Origin: Candidatus Latescibacterota bacterium
GTDB lineage: Bacteria; Latescibacterota; UBA2968
Direction: 5' to 3'
Length of the DNA: 64,000 bases
Assembly: GCA_965204375.1 (NCBI GenBank)
Contig: OZ241986.1
Span: 1,632,001 to 1,696,000 of the forward strand
In this document: positions 31,664 through 40,836 of the stretch, in pieces
Layout: each line of letters begins with the position of its first letter
Position numbering within the stretch: the stretch's first letter is position 1
Made by a program: the position numbers and the translations under genes
The notes under the pieces: generated by a model
Told to the model about the DNA's origin: nothing
The model's database searches: none
What the model saw: only the letters and a program-made list of their open reading frames with translations

Positions 31664-31711
31664 GAGCACGCAAAACATGAACACAGAATCAACACGAGAA
31701 ACGAGGATTGA

Positions 31712-32386
31712 ATGATCTATACCATCCGCACATTTCACGTCCACCGCAAAGACTACGCCGAATTTGTTCGCTTTAGCGAAGAACAGATCTGGCCAGCCAT
31801 CGAAGAAAAAGGAGCGCGTGCACTCGGCCTCTGGGTCGCTGCCATAGGTGGCCCCGAACGCATCTTTCTCATGACGCGATACGACAGCCATGGTCATTGG
31901 GAAGAAACCCGAAACTGGGACAATCTCGCCAATGAAGGCAGTGGACGTGCCGCACTCGTACACGAAACCGAATGTATTTCCCTCTTGCCCCTCACGCAAA
32001 GACAGCCTGATGGCGACGCCCCCGAAAAAGAGCCTGGCATTTATACTCTGCGCTCATTCAAAGTCGCGCCCACCGACGTTTCGCGTTTTGTCGATTTATC
32101 AGAAAATCAGTGGTGGCCCTGGGTCACCCGAGGCGAAGGCGTGCGCCCCATTGGCCAATGGATAACCAAATCAGCACCCGAAGACCGCATCTACATGATG
32201 ACGCGATACGACAGCCTGTATCATTGGGAAGGCCATCACAGCAATGTCGGCACCATCGCACAACCCGATGATCCCGAAATGGGCAAAGTCTGGGAAATCG
32301 GCCAAAAAGCCATTCAAGAGCGCAAAAAAATCACCATCGATACCAACGTCAAAGTTCTGCGTCCCATCACCAGCAGAAGACCATAG
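31712..32386 (+). CDS. tandem NIPSNAP-domain protein
   Basis: Two repeats of IYT.R.F...G.W...MTRYDS..HWE; exact 19-nt DNA repeat at 31871-31889 and 32198-32216. Confidence 0.75.
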   Translation: MIYTIRTFHVHRKDYAEFVRFSEEQIWPAIEEKGARALGLWVAAIGGPERIFLMTRYDSHGHWEETRNWDNLANEGSGRAALVHETECISLLPLTQRQPDGDAPEKEPGIYTLRSFKVAPTDVSRFVDLSENQWWPWVTRGEGVRPIGQWITKSAPEDRIYMMTRYDSLYHWEGHHSNVGTIAQPDDPEMGKVWEIGQKAIQERKKITIDTNVKVLRPITSRRP

Positions 32387-32425
32387 ATCGTTTAATCATA
32401 AACATCATTTTTTGGAGGAGCAACA

Positions 32426-33172
32426 ATGTCAATCGAGCAATTACAAGAAAATGGCCTAACCGGTCCTTTTGAGTTGGCAGACAAATCCCTCGTCGATGCC
32501 GTATGTGAGGTCGGGATAGAACTACAAGCGCTACAACGCCAGGAAAATATCGTGCGCCAGTTGGCAGGACAAGAACCCCAATTTAGAACGAAGATCGATA
32601 GACACATGGAATTCAAGGTGATGAGAGACCTCTGTCTCGATGACAATGTGAAGTCCGTGGTGTCCGAACATTTCGGCAATGATCTTTTTATCTGGGGTAG
32701 CGTTTTTCAATTGAAATCTGAAGGCGTGTCAGAAAATATATGGCACCACGATCGCGCATACGAAAACGGTCGCGATCAAGTCAATCTCTATGATACCAGC
32801 AACCACTTCACGGTTCTATTTGCGTTGACCGACATTGGGTACGGTGCTGGCCGCATCGAATATGTGAAGGGATCTCATCAACCCATTGATGGATGGAACA
32901 GAGATATGCGATTTGTAAAAGAAGTGCCTGAACTCGTCCATGATAGGATCGGCACACTCACAATGGAAAGAGGCCAGTTCACGGTGTTTCATTCTCAAAT
33001 CATGCATCGCAGTCTGCCTTTTGAGTATGGCGAGCCAAGAATCTCATTGGCTGTAAGACTCGCGAGGAAGGGCACACAAATCCCCGATTATTATCCACAA
33101 AATCCAAATCCGGCCGCAGAAACACAAGGGATCGCCCGTTTCATCCCTTCAGCAACATTTGATTTTAATTAG
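32426..33172 (+). CDS. PhyH-family dioxygenase
   Basis: WHHD, YVKGSH, GQFTVFH...MHRS, RISLAVR. Confidence 0.85.
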   Translation: MSIEQLQENGLTGPFELADKSLVDAVCEVGIELQALQRQENIVRQLAGQEPQFRTKIDRHMEFKVMRDLCLDDNVKSVVSEHFGNDLFIWGSVFQLKSEGVSENIWHHDRAYENGRDQVNLYDTSNHFTVLFALTDIGYGAGRIEYVKGSHQPIDGWNRDMRFVKEVPELVHDRIGTLTMERGQFTVFHSQIMHRSLPFEYGEPRISLAVRLARKGTQIPDYYPQNPNPAAETQGIARFIPSATFDFN

Positions 33173-33329
33173 AACCAGCCCCAAGCGCTGAAACCCATGA
33201 AATGGGTTATCGTCATCTAAACCAGAAAGATGTCCGTTATGAGACACACACGCTCAGACGGTCCAACCGAACTCACTTTCGAGCAAAAGGAAGTCGTTGC
33301 TGAGGCACAAAATTCGGGAGATCAAAGCG

Positions 33330-34598
33330 ATGCTTGAACTTGGTGTAATCGCAGATGATCTCACAGGTGGGATGATGGTCGCGAGTTTGCTCGAAAGAGA
33401 AGGCGTGCGTTGTCCACTGGTAACATCTGTTGATGCACTCAATACACTCGACGACGATGCACAAGCTGTGGTCGTTGGACGAAAACTCCTGATCCAACCC
33501 CCTGACGATGCCCGTGCCGATGCAAAACACACGGCTGAAGCCCTGCTCGCCAAAGGGACGAAACAGATATACTACAAATACAGTGCGCTCTTTTCCTCTA
33601 CAGCACGTGGCAATATCGGGCCTGTGGCAGAAACGTTGATGGACTTGACCCAGGCCGACCACGTATTTTTCTGTCCCATCTGGAAAAACACAACCATCTA
33701 TCAAGGGCGGTTGTTTCTTGGCGAGATCATGTTGCACGAATCACCCCGGCGCAATGATCCTGTAACACCGATGACCAATTCCAATCTTGTTGAAGTACTA
33801 CAGGAACAAAGCCAGGTCAAAGTCGGTCTTTTGCCATATCAAATTGTGGTGTCAGGAACAGACGCTTGCGAGAATTACATTTCAGAGCAGAAGGCTCTGG
33901 GTGTAAAGTTTTTTGTTGTCGACGTAATTCATGAGTCGGATCTTGAGCAATTAGCAACACTATCCAAAGATTTGCCATTGAGCACTGGCGCAGATCTACT
34001 CCCAGTGATGCTCGCCCGCAACTGGCAGGAAAATACAAGGAGCCAACCGAAAACATTACTGCCGCCTGCACCTGGTTATGAAGCTGTTATTTCTGGAAGT
34101 TGCACAGGAAAATCAGTCCGGCAACTTGCGCATTTCGAGCAAACGCATCCGGTGTTTCGCATTGACCTTTTAGAAGCAGCTCAAGACGCCAACATGGTTG
34201 ACCGCATTGTGGAATGGGCAAAAGACCGATTAGAAAAAGGGCCTGTAGGTGTGGGTACCTCAACGGATCCTGAAGGCGTAAAAAGAGCCCAAGCGGAGCT
34301 CGGGCGCGAAGGCGCTGCAACACTTGCCGATAAGCTTCTGTCCAGTGTTGCCCAGCATTTCTATCAGCACGGTGTGCGCAAATTTGTTGTGATGGGTGGC
34401 GAAACATCAGGGGCGGTCATGGCATCTTTAGGTATAGAGCAAGTTTCGGTGGCAACATTCGACGTTCTCAACGGTGGTTATTGTCACCGTGCAGGGCGCG
34501 ATCCATTGTCGTTGGTACTAAAAGCGGGCGGTGTTGGTGAAGGCAACTTTATTCATACCGCCCTGGAGCAGATGCGTGAAGCAGACAAAAACCAATAA
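33330..34598 (+). CDS. four-carbon acid sugar kinase (OtnK/DUF1537 family)
   Basis: GVIADDLTG, YYKY...F.ST..GNIGP, DPVTPMT.SNL, SGSC, GGETSG, LKAG. Confidence 0.88.
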   Translation: MLELGVIADDLTGGMMVASLLEREGVRCPLVTSVDALNTLDDDAQAVVVGRKLLIQPPDDARADAKHTAEALLAKGTKQIYYKYSALFSSTARGNIGPVAETLMDLTQADHVFFCPIWKNTTIYQGRLFLGEIMLHESPRRNDPVTPMTNSNLVEVLQEQSQVKVGLLPYQIVVSGTDACENYISEQKALGVKFFVVDVIHESDLEQLATLSKDLPLSTGADLLPVMLARNWQENTRSQPKTLLPPAPGYEAVISGSCTGKSVRQLAHFEQTHPVFRIDLLEAAQDANMVDRIVEWAKDRLEKGPVGVGTSTDPEGVKRAQAELGREGAATLADKLLSSVAQHFYQHGVRKFVVMGGETSGAVMASLGIEQVSVATFDVLNGGYCHRAGRDPLSLVLKAGGVGEGNFIHTALEQMREADKNQ

Positions 34599-34608
34599 AG
34601 GAATACAT

Positions 34609-35268
34609 ATGGAAGATGATCCCGTTTATGAAATGGCCTTACGCGAGCAATTGGTTTTTTATTATAAAAAAGTTGGAGAGCTTGGCTTAAACGAAATGTC
34701 CTCTGGCAATCTGAGCGTCCGATTTGGCGACAAAATGCTCATCTCTCCCAACCACGCAACCGCAGACAATATTACCACAGAAACGATTGTCAAAGCCACC
34801 TTCGACGGTGAGTATGAAGGCGACCGCAAACCCTCTTCGGAATCGCCCATGCATGGTGCCATCTATAAAAAGCACCCCGAAGCCGGAGCAGTGGTTCACA
34901 CCCACTCCGATTACTGTGTTGCGGTATCGTGCCATGTGATGACCCTACCAGGCTTTCACTACCTCATGGGTGTGTTTGGCGGTAACGATGTGCCCTGTGT
35001 CCCTTATTCCACATTTGGCAGCCAATCGCTTGCCAAAGACGCATCCGAAGCGCTCTATGACCGCACCGCGTGTCTCCTCGGAAACCACGGCATGGTCTGC
35101 CACGGACCAACCTTAAAACGCGCTGTCAACCAGGCCCATCGTCTGGAAATCATGTGCCGACAATACGTGCTTTCCCGTCAGCTTGGCGAACCAAAATATC
35201 TGACCGATGACGATTGGTACGCGTTTCACAACAGAGGCAAGGAAAACCAATACGGCAAAAACGGTTAA
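34609..35268 (+). CDS. class II aldolase/decarboxylase (FucA/OtnC family)
   Basis: SGNLS.R, PSSE..MH, VVHTHS, LLGNHG. Confidence 0.9.
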   Translation: MEDDPVYEMALREQLVFYYKKVGELGLNEMSSGNLSVRFGDKMLISPNHATADNITTETIVKATFDGEYEGDRKPSSESPMHGAIYKKHPEAGAVVHTHSDYCVAVSCHVMTLPGFHYLMGVFGGNDVPCVPYSTFGSQSLAKDASEALYDRTACLLGNHGMVCHGPTLKRAVNQAHRLEIMCRQYVLSRQLGEPKYLTDDDWYAFHNRGKENQYGKNG

Positions 35269-35416
35269 GTCGGCAAAGTTGAGGGCGTGTGGACGATCGG
35301 TGGTATTTCGAGAATATAAAAATGAGGGATTAGTAAGGAGGAATATCTTGAAAATTACATCGGTAAAAGCAGTTCACGCATCTAAAACGCGCTGAAATGC
35401 CTCGATCCCTGTTCGA

Positions 35417-36205
35417 TTAAGGTGGCGGGGGTCTCTCAATTTTAGACAAAACAGTAACAGCCCTTGTATGCATGGCGTTAATGCTATCATAGGTTGACTG
35501 CGAAAGCACCAGGTCTGCTCGCATCTTGTCGAGATTTCTCGTTTTCTCCGCAACCAGACTGTCCCATACTGATTCTTCGCGGAGATACACAGCCTTTGCG
35601 TCGATTAAAACTTTTTCCCAGTGGGCTATTTCCTTCACACGCTTTTTAGGTTTCTCAATAAACTTCCAAAGGATATTACCCGCTGATTTATAATTCCTTT
35701 TGAGCCTTTCAAGCTGCACCCGTTCTTTCGCAACCGAGTCCGTCGCTATTTTCAGGAGTTTGGTTAAATGAGCCTTGTAGCCACTCAAAGACGCCATTCT
35801 CAAATTTTCTTCATAGCGTATAGAGTCCCTTTCCAGGGTGCGAATTACGCGCTTTTTATGGTCAATCTTCCAATCCCATGAACTCAGATGCTTTTCCCTG
35901 ATTCTTTTTTCTTCAGCAATATGCCAATTACGCACCTCGGCCAGCTTTTTTTCTACCGTCTCAAAATCCCGCTTCTTGTAATAGAGGTTTTCTCTTTCAA
36001 ACGTTGCCCATTCATCGAATTTTTCTCTTTCGGCGGCAATGGCTACCATCTGCTCTGTAATAATCTCCATTGTTTTTTTTCGCATCTCGTCGAGACGTTC
36101 AACTTCTTGTAGTGCCATCGTCAGCTTTTCTTCTTGCGAAGGCCCACAGCCTACAAGATAAACAAACAGGAGACCGCACACACAATGGGCTTTATTAAAC
36201 ATCAC
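35417..36205 (-). CDS. coiled-coil hypothetical lipoprotein
   Basis: LVGC lipobox; charged helical sequence. Confidence 0.7.
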   Translation of the reverse strand: MMFNKAHCVCGLLFVYLVGCGPSQEEKLTMALQEVERLDEMRKKTMEIITEQMVAIAAEREKFDEWATFERENLYYKKRDFETVEKKLAEVRNWHIAEEKRIREKHLSSWDWKIDHKKRVIRTLERDSIRYEENLRMASLSGYKAHLTKLLKIATDSVAKERVQLERLKRNYKSAGNILWKFIEKPKKRVKEIAHWEKVLIDAKAVYLREESVWDSLVAEKTRNLDKMRADLVLSQSTYDSINAMHTRAVTVLSKIERPPPP

Positions 36206-36525
36206 TCATCTCCATTTTGAAAAGTTTCTTGGTTGGCTTCGGTGTTTTGTCCTGTGTTTTAATTGGTCTTTTCATACCTGAAATAATATTCCGCAACCGC
36301 CTGTTTTAGGCCCGCTCTTTGGCAAGGTCGGCTCTCTGTTCTCCGAATGTGCTCCTACCGCTATATTATTATCTCTCTCGCAGGCAATGGCAAGGCAATT
36401 CTCGACAATCTCCTATTCGTGTATGCCTAAAAAAATACGATAAGATTAAAAAAAGGCAATTTGCATAGGTGATGGGCGATTGATGCTATTATTCACCAAA
36501 ACTGAGCAAGTCCATTTAGAAAAGT

Positions 36526-36540
36526 TGGCATAATTTTTGC
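36526..36540 (+). promoter_or_regulatory. putative sigma-54 (-24/-12) promoter
   Basis: TGGCAT-AATTT-TTGC with canonical GG/GC spacing, in an intergenic region. Confidence 0.5.
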
Positions 36541-36686
36541 CTTGCTCTGTTAAACGGGAATTATATACAAAATCGCACCACGTTTTTAAAAAAGAATAAG
36601 ATTTTTTCGGAATATTTGAATTAGGGGAGGTATAACCATGTGGAAGCGTTAATCAAAAATGAGGTATTATTCAGGAGGGCTGTATC

Positions 36687-36833
36687 ATGAGTAAAATTGG
36701 AAAAGCTATTATTTTGGTCATGCTGGTCATGTACCTTCGGGGAGAAAGCACATGGAACTCCTGGATGTACCGGGCGTCAGTACCCTACATTAACAATTGT
36801 GGGGTACTGACATGGCTGCGCGAAAAGACATAA
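36687..36833 (+). CDS. putative 48-aa peptide with hydrophobic N-terminus
   Basis: AGGAGG RBS; MSKIGKAIILVMLVMYLRGESTWNSWMYRASVPYINNCGVLTWLREKT. Confidence 0.4.
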   Translation: MSKIGKAIILVMLVMYLRGESTWNSWMYRASVPYINNCGVLTWLREKT

Positions 36834-36946
36834 GTACTCATTTTTCGGTTGTCTCTGTCACCCAAGTATTGTACATTCGCAGGGACAACACCGACGCGAT
36901 GGCGTGTAATTTTGACCGAGAGGTGGTTTGTTATGGTGGGAAAAAA

Positions 36947-38410
36947 ATGACACCAAATTCGATTGAAGAACATATCAGAGTAAGAATTAGGAATATAGGG
37001 AAACTTAGAGACGCAGAAATCCATGTCGGTCAGTTTACTGTGTTTGCTGGGACAAACAGCACAGGAAAAAGCTCTGTGTCTAAACTCTTATATTCTTTTT
37101 TTAGCGCAACAAATCCACATCCCGGTGAAACGTATCTATATACCATTGTGCAAGACGTCTGCGATAACTTAAAGGCAATGGTAAGTGTGTACGAAGAAGA
37201 TGAGGATGAAGCTCCCGAAATCAGCATGTATGGGGACTACAGCACATTCAGGGGGTGGTTAGGCAGGGTAAAATCCGAGACCGCAAAATTACAATCTCTT
37301 GGCGATGTGGAGTATTCTCTAAGTGAAAGCATTGCAAAATTAGCCAATCAAGTAGATGTGCTTATTGCCATATTTTCTGAGATGCACTTTGAAAGAACGA
37401 AGAAGAAAAGACGTCGTAGAGATATAGGTTCTTCAATATATGATGACTTTTCCCCAAGTAATGTGAAAGATTCATTAAAAAAATTAAAAGAAAAGCTCCA
37501 AATCAGCCCAGAACAATCCATTGTTAATGGCTTATCACTTCAGATTAGAAAAAATTTGGTCAGCAATTTTCAAATACCAAATGCTTCTGATTTAATAGGC
37601 TCAGAAAGGCATCTGGCAGCAGAGGTTGAAATAGGTGACTTTGGTACATTTTGTTTGCTAAAAAACAAAGAAGTCCAATTCGTGCCCAATGACAACAAGT
37701 CTTTATTAGAACGGTTACAATATTACAAGAGGCACTCGGATGTCATTTATTTAGAATCTCCAATTCACTGGAAAGTAAAAAATGCTTTGACGCAGGATCG
37801 CTACTTGTTTTTCTCCTCCATTGGCAGGAGAAGGCAACCGTTGACTGGTGTGCCTGGATACTTTCGTGATCTTGTGAGAAAACTGGAGACCATCTACACA
37901 GGAGATATGGATTTTTCGGACATATATGCCGAGTTGACTGGGGAAGATGTCATTGGCGGGAAAATCGCACTCTCTGAAACAGGAGTCCTTTCTTTCCAAG
38001 AAAACAACCGTAATTTTCCCTTGCCTGTTACTGCTACGGGAATCACAAATCTCGGCATGTTGGCCTTGCTGATTGAACGTAAAGTATTAAATAAAGGCAC
38101 ATTTCTTTTTATTGATGAGCCAGAAGCCCACTTGCATCCGTCATGGCAAATATTTATGGTAAAAAACCTTTTCGCGCTATCCCAGCAGGGCGTAAACGTC
38201 GTGATTGCCACACACAGTGTAGATATTCTTAAATGGCTGTCGGTTCATATAAAAAACAATCCAGAGGATATGCGGCGCGTTGCACTCAATCACTTTGACA
38301 ACGACAACACAACCGCAGAGGACGCCGAGGACACCTTTGAAGAAAAAATGGATAAAATTATGTACGAACTGACGAAGCCTTTCTCAGACCTATATATTGA
38401 GGGTATATGA
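36947..38410 (+). CDS. ABC-type/AAA_15-AAA_21 ATPase
   Basis: IRNIG, FAGTNSTGKS (Walker A), TATGI (signature-like), FIDEPEAHLHP, ATHS. Confidence 0.9.
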   Translation: MTPNSIEEHIRVRIRNIGKLRDAEIHVGQFTVFAGTNSTGKSSVSKLLYSFFSATNPHPGETYLYTIVQDVCDNLKAMVSVYEEDEDEAPEISMYGDYSTFRGWLGRVKSETAKLQSLGDVEYSLSESIAKLANQVDVLIAIFSEMHFERTKKKRRRRDIGSSIYDDFSPSNVKDSLKKLKEKLQISPEQSIVNGLSLQIRKNLVSNFQIPNASDLIGSERHLAAEVEIGDFGTFCLLKNKEVQFVPNDNKSLLERLQYYKRHSDVIYLESPIHWKVKNALTQDRYLFFSSIGRRRQPLTGVPGYFRDLVRKLETIYTGDMDFSDIYAELTGEDVIGGKIALSETGVLSFQENNRNFPLPVTATGITNLGMLALLIERKVLNKGTFLFIDEPEAHLHPSWQIFMVKNLFALSQQGVNVVIATHSVDILKWLSVHIKNNPEDMRRVALNHFDNDNTTAEDAEDTFEEKMDKIMYELTKPFSDLYIEGI

Positions 38411-38970
38411 GTCACCTCAACAAGTACTGGGAGACTATTAAACTCGCAGGCAAGTCCATTAAAAACTGCTATGCGTACTGTATGGATGGCGAACCTCCTT
38501 GTCCCAATGATATGAGAAAAGATGTAGGTTTAGGCACATGCAGTTGTGCCGATTACTTCAGCCCCCAAAGCAATTCTATTCTCATCATTGAAGAAGGCCA
38601 GATCGCAGCAAGCGTTGATAGCTATAAAAATGACTACGAATTTTGTAATAGTACTGACCAGACAAAGTACGCCGAGAAACAACTTCTAAAAGAATTTCAG
38701 CTTAAAGCCTATGGATCATTGATTGTGTTGTGCCGTTTATCCGCAATCTGCGAAAGCGTGAGAGATTTGTTAAAAAACAAAAAGTATGAATATTGGGTTA
38801 TTGTAAGCGACAAAAAATACAATGTGCAATTTTTGGAACATCTCACAAGCAATCTAAAAAGCACTCTATCAAAGCAAATCGTAAAAAGTGTCAAAGTGAT
38901 ATTCCGAGATGATTTTGAGGAAGAATTCCGCAAGGGGGAGAGTTTAAAAATAACTGATTGTAATAACTGA
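38407..38970 (+). CDS. hypothetical protein, possible degenerate PD-(D/E)XK fold
   Basis: ATGA overlap with the ATPase; CADY...ILIIEE...LKAYGS. Confidence 0.7.
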   Translation: MSHLNKYWETIKLAGKSIKNCYAYCMDGEPPCPNDMRKDVGLGTCSCADYFSPQSNSILIIEEGQIAASVDSYKNDYEFCNSTDQTKYAEKQLLKEFQLKAYGSLIVLCRLSAICESVRDLLKNKKYEYWVIVSDKKYNVQFLEHLTSNLKSTLSKQIVKSVKVIFRDDFEEEFRKGESLKITDCNN

Positions 38971-39138
38971 TTGTCTGAAACAAAAAAGCAGTGCGAGATG
39001 ACGAAAATAAAACGGGAAGGTTCAATATGAAAATATTCATACGTGCTTCCCGTTTTTGTATTGAACCCCAGAACAAATTTAGCCATATTAAATATACGCC
39101 AATAAGTTTATAAAAATCAAAAATTTATGGAGTTAACC

Positions 39139-39285
39139 ATGAACGGACTAATTGCCTTTTCTCAGCGTTTTTCTACGCCAGATGAATGTCTTGTCCACAT
39201 TGAATCTGTGCGCTGGGAAAAGGGCGAATTTTGCCCGAAGTGTGGTTCTACGGAAAAGATATACCATTATCAAAAAGGCGTATAG
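39139..39285 (+). pseudogene. IS1595-family transposase N-terminal remnant
   Basis: MNGLIAFSQRFSTPDECLVHIESVRWEKGEFCPKCGS matches the F...C...RW..G..CP.CG zinc-ribbon start; stops after 48 aa. Confidence 0.8.
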
Positions 39286-39359
39286 CTTATGAAAAACTGC
39301 ATCAATCACAGGCTTGAAATACAAGCCCTAAACTCTCCACCGAAGCGGGGCAACCCCAA

Positions 39360-40127
39360 TTAGACGCCCGTGGTCAAGAGACCGCCATCTACCGGTAGGG
39401 AGACGCCTGTAATATTGCCAGCCGCTGGCGAACAGAGAAAGGCAACAGTTCGTCCGATGTCCTCGGGAGTGCCACGGCGCTGCAAGGGTATATTGGCTTT
39501 GAGGTTGTCGGACGCGCTACCCACAGACGGAGCCTGAGTGCCAAAAATATGGGTCAGGTCCATATACCCCGGCATCACGGCGTTGCAGCGGATATTGTGG
39601 TGACCTAAGTCCACAGCCATGCTCTCGGTGAGACGCAGAACACCCGCTTTGGCCACTCCGTAGGCCGTATCGTCGGGCCAGGCGCGGTAGGCATGGACCG
39701 AGGAAGTACTGACAATGCAGCCTCCCTCGCCCTGTTGTACCATGATGCGGGCGGCCTGTTGACTACAAAGAAAAAAGCCTTTGAGACACACGTCCAGGGT
39801 CAAATCCCAGTTTTTTTCGGTGATTTCGAGGAAGGTAGCCCCACTTCCGGCATAGGGATTGTTAACCAGGATATCAAGGCGATTAAAACGTGCGGTGAAG
39901 GCGGTGAACATCGCTTCTACCTGTGCTCGGTCGGATATATCAGCCTGAAAGAAGTCGGCTTCTCGCCCTTGATCCCGGATCAGTTCCAGGGTCCTGTCGG
40001 CATCGGCATCTCGTTCCAGATCATTGATGCCTACATCACAGCCTGCCTCAGCCAGAGCAAGGGCAATTCCGCGACCGATATTGCGGCGTCCTCCAGTGAC
40101 GAGAGCCTTTTTTCCATCGAGTGACAT
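39360..40127 (-). CDS. short-chain dehydrogenase/reductase
   Basis: VTGGRRNIG, LDILVNN, YGVAK, PG, VDGG. Confidence 0.93.
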   Translation of the reverse strand: MSLDGKKALVTGGRRNIGRGIALALAEAGCDVGINDLERDADADRTLELIRDQGREADFFQADISDRAQVEAMFTAFTARFNRLDILVNNPYAGSGATFLEITEKNWDLTLDVCLKGFFLCSQQAARIMVQQGEGGCIVSTSSVHAYRAWPDDTAYGVAKAGVLRLTESMAVDLGHHNIRCNAVMPGYMDLTHIFGTQAPSVGSASDNLKANIPLQRRGTPEDIGRTVAFLCSPAAGNITGVSLPVDGGLLTTGV

Positions 40128-40359
40128 AGTGCGACCTCCCTTTTGGCGTAGTAGTGCAAGACTATTTATGAAATATTTGTAAATTTCAATATACACCAAA
40201 AACGGTGCGATGCGACAGAGAAAGCATGGCTACATCAAACCCCCTGCATCATCTTAAAAATTGCTTTCAATGATGAGGTGTGTTATCATTACTATTCACT
40301 GATTACCGGGGATAAAGCGTCCTGTCCTGCTTTTCACATCTGGGAACTCGCGTTTTGTT

Positions 40360-40836
40360 ATGACAAAAGAAATTGAGCGGAAGTTTTGCGTGCGAAAAAT
40401 GCCGGATCTAACGGCTTGTACAGGAGTAGAAATATCACAGGGTTATCTCTCGGTAGGCGAGAATGGCGTGGAGATTCGGCTGCGTCGTAAAGGCGACCGA
40501 TTTTATCAGACTGTGAAACAGGGCAAGGGTGTGCAACGGACGGAAGTTGAGGTGGAATTGAGCCAGGCGCAATTTGATACCCTCTGGCCTTTAACTGAGG
40601 GCAGGCGGGTCGAAAAAGTGCGCTATGAGATCGTCGAAGGGATATGGACAATTGAATTGGATGTGTACCGCGGTCGCCTGGAGGGTCTGGTGGTGGCCGA
40701 GGTTGAGTTTGAGACCGTAGATGAAAGTTCGCGCTTTGTCCCTCCGCCGTGGTTTGGACGAGATGTGACTAATGATGACCGTTACAAAAATGCGATCCTC
40801 GCACATAAGGGTAAGCCCGATGATCACGCGCAGTGA
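40360..40836 (+). CDS. CYTH domain protein
   Basis: EIERKF, QGYL, EKVRY, VAEVEF, DVT...Y.N. Confidence 0.93.
   Translation: MTKEIERKFCVRKMPDLTACTGVEISQGYLSVGENGVEIRLRRKGDRFYQTVKQGKGVQRTEVEVELSQAQFDTLWPLTEGRRVEKVRYEIVEGIWTIELDVYRGRLEGLVVAEVEFETVDESSRFVPPPWFGRDVTNDDRYKNAILAHKGKPDDHAQ

Noticed and set aside
32426-33172. SyrB2-like halogenase
   Set aside because: Retains HxD (WHHD), the hydroxylase-type triad, rather than HxA/G
39330-39360. attR copy of the tRNA 3' end (GGGGCA)
   Set aside because: The match is only about 6 nt, which is chance level
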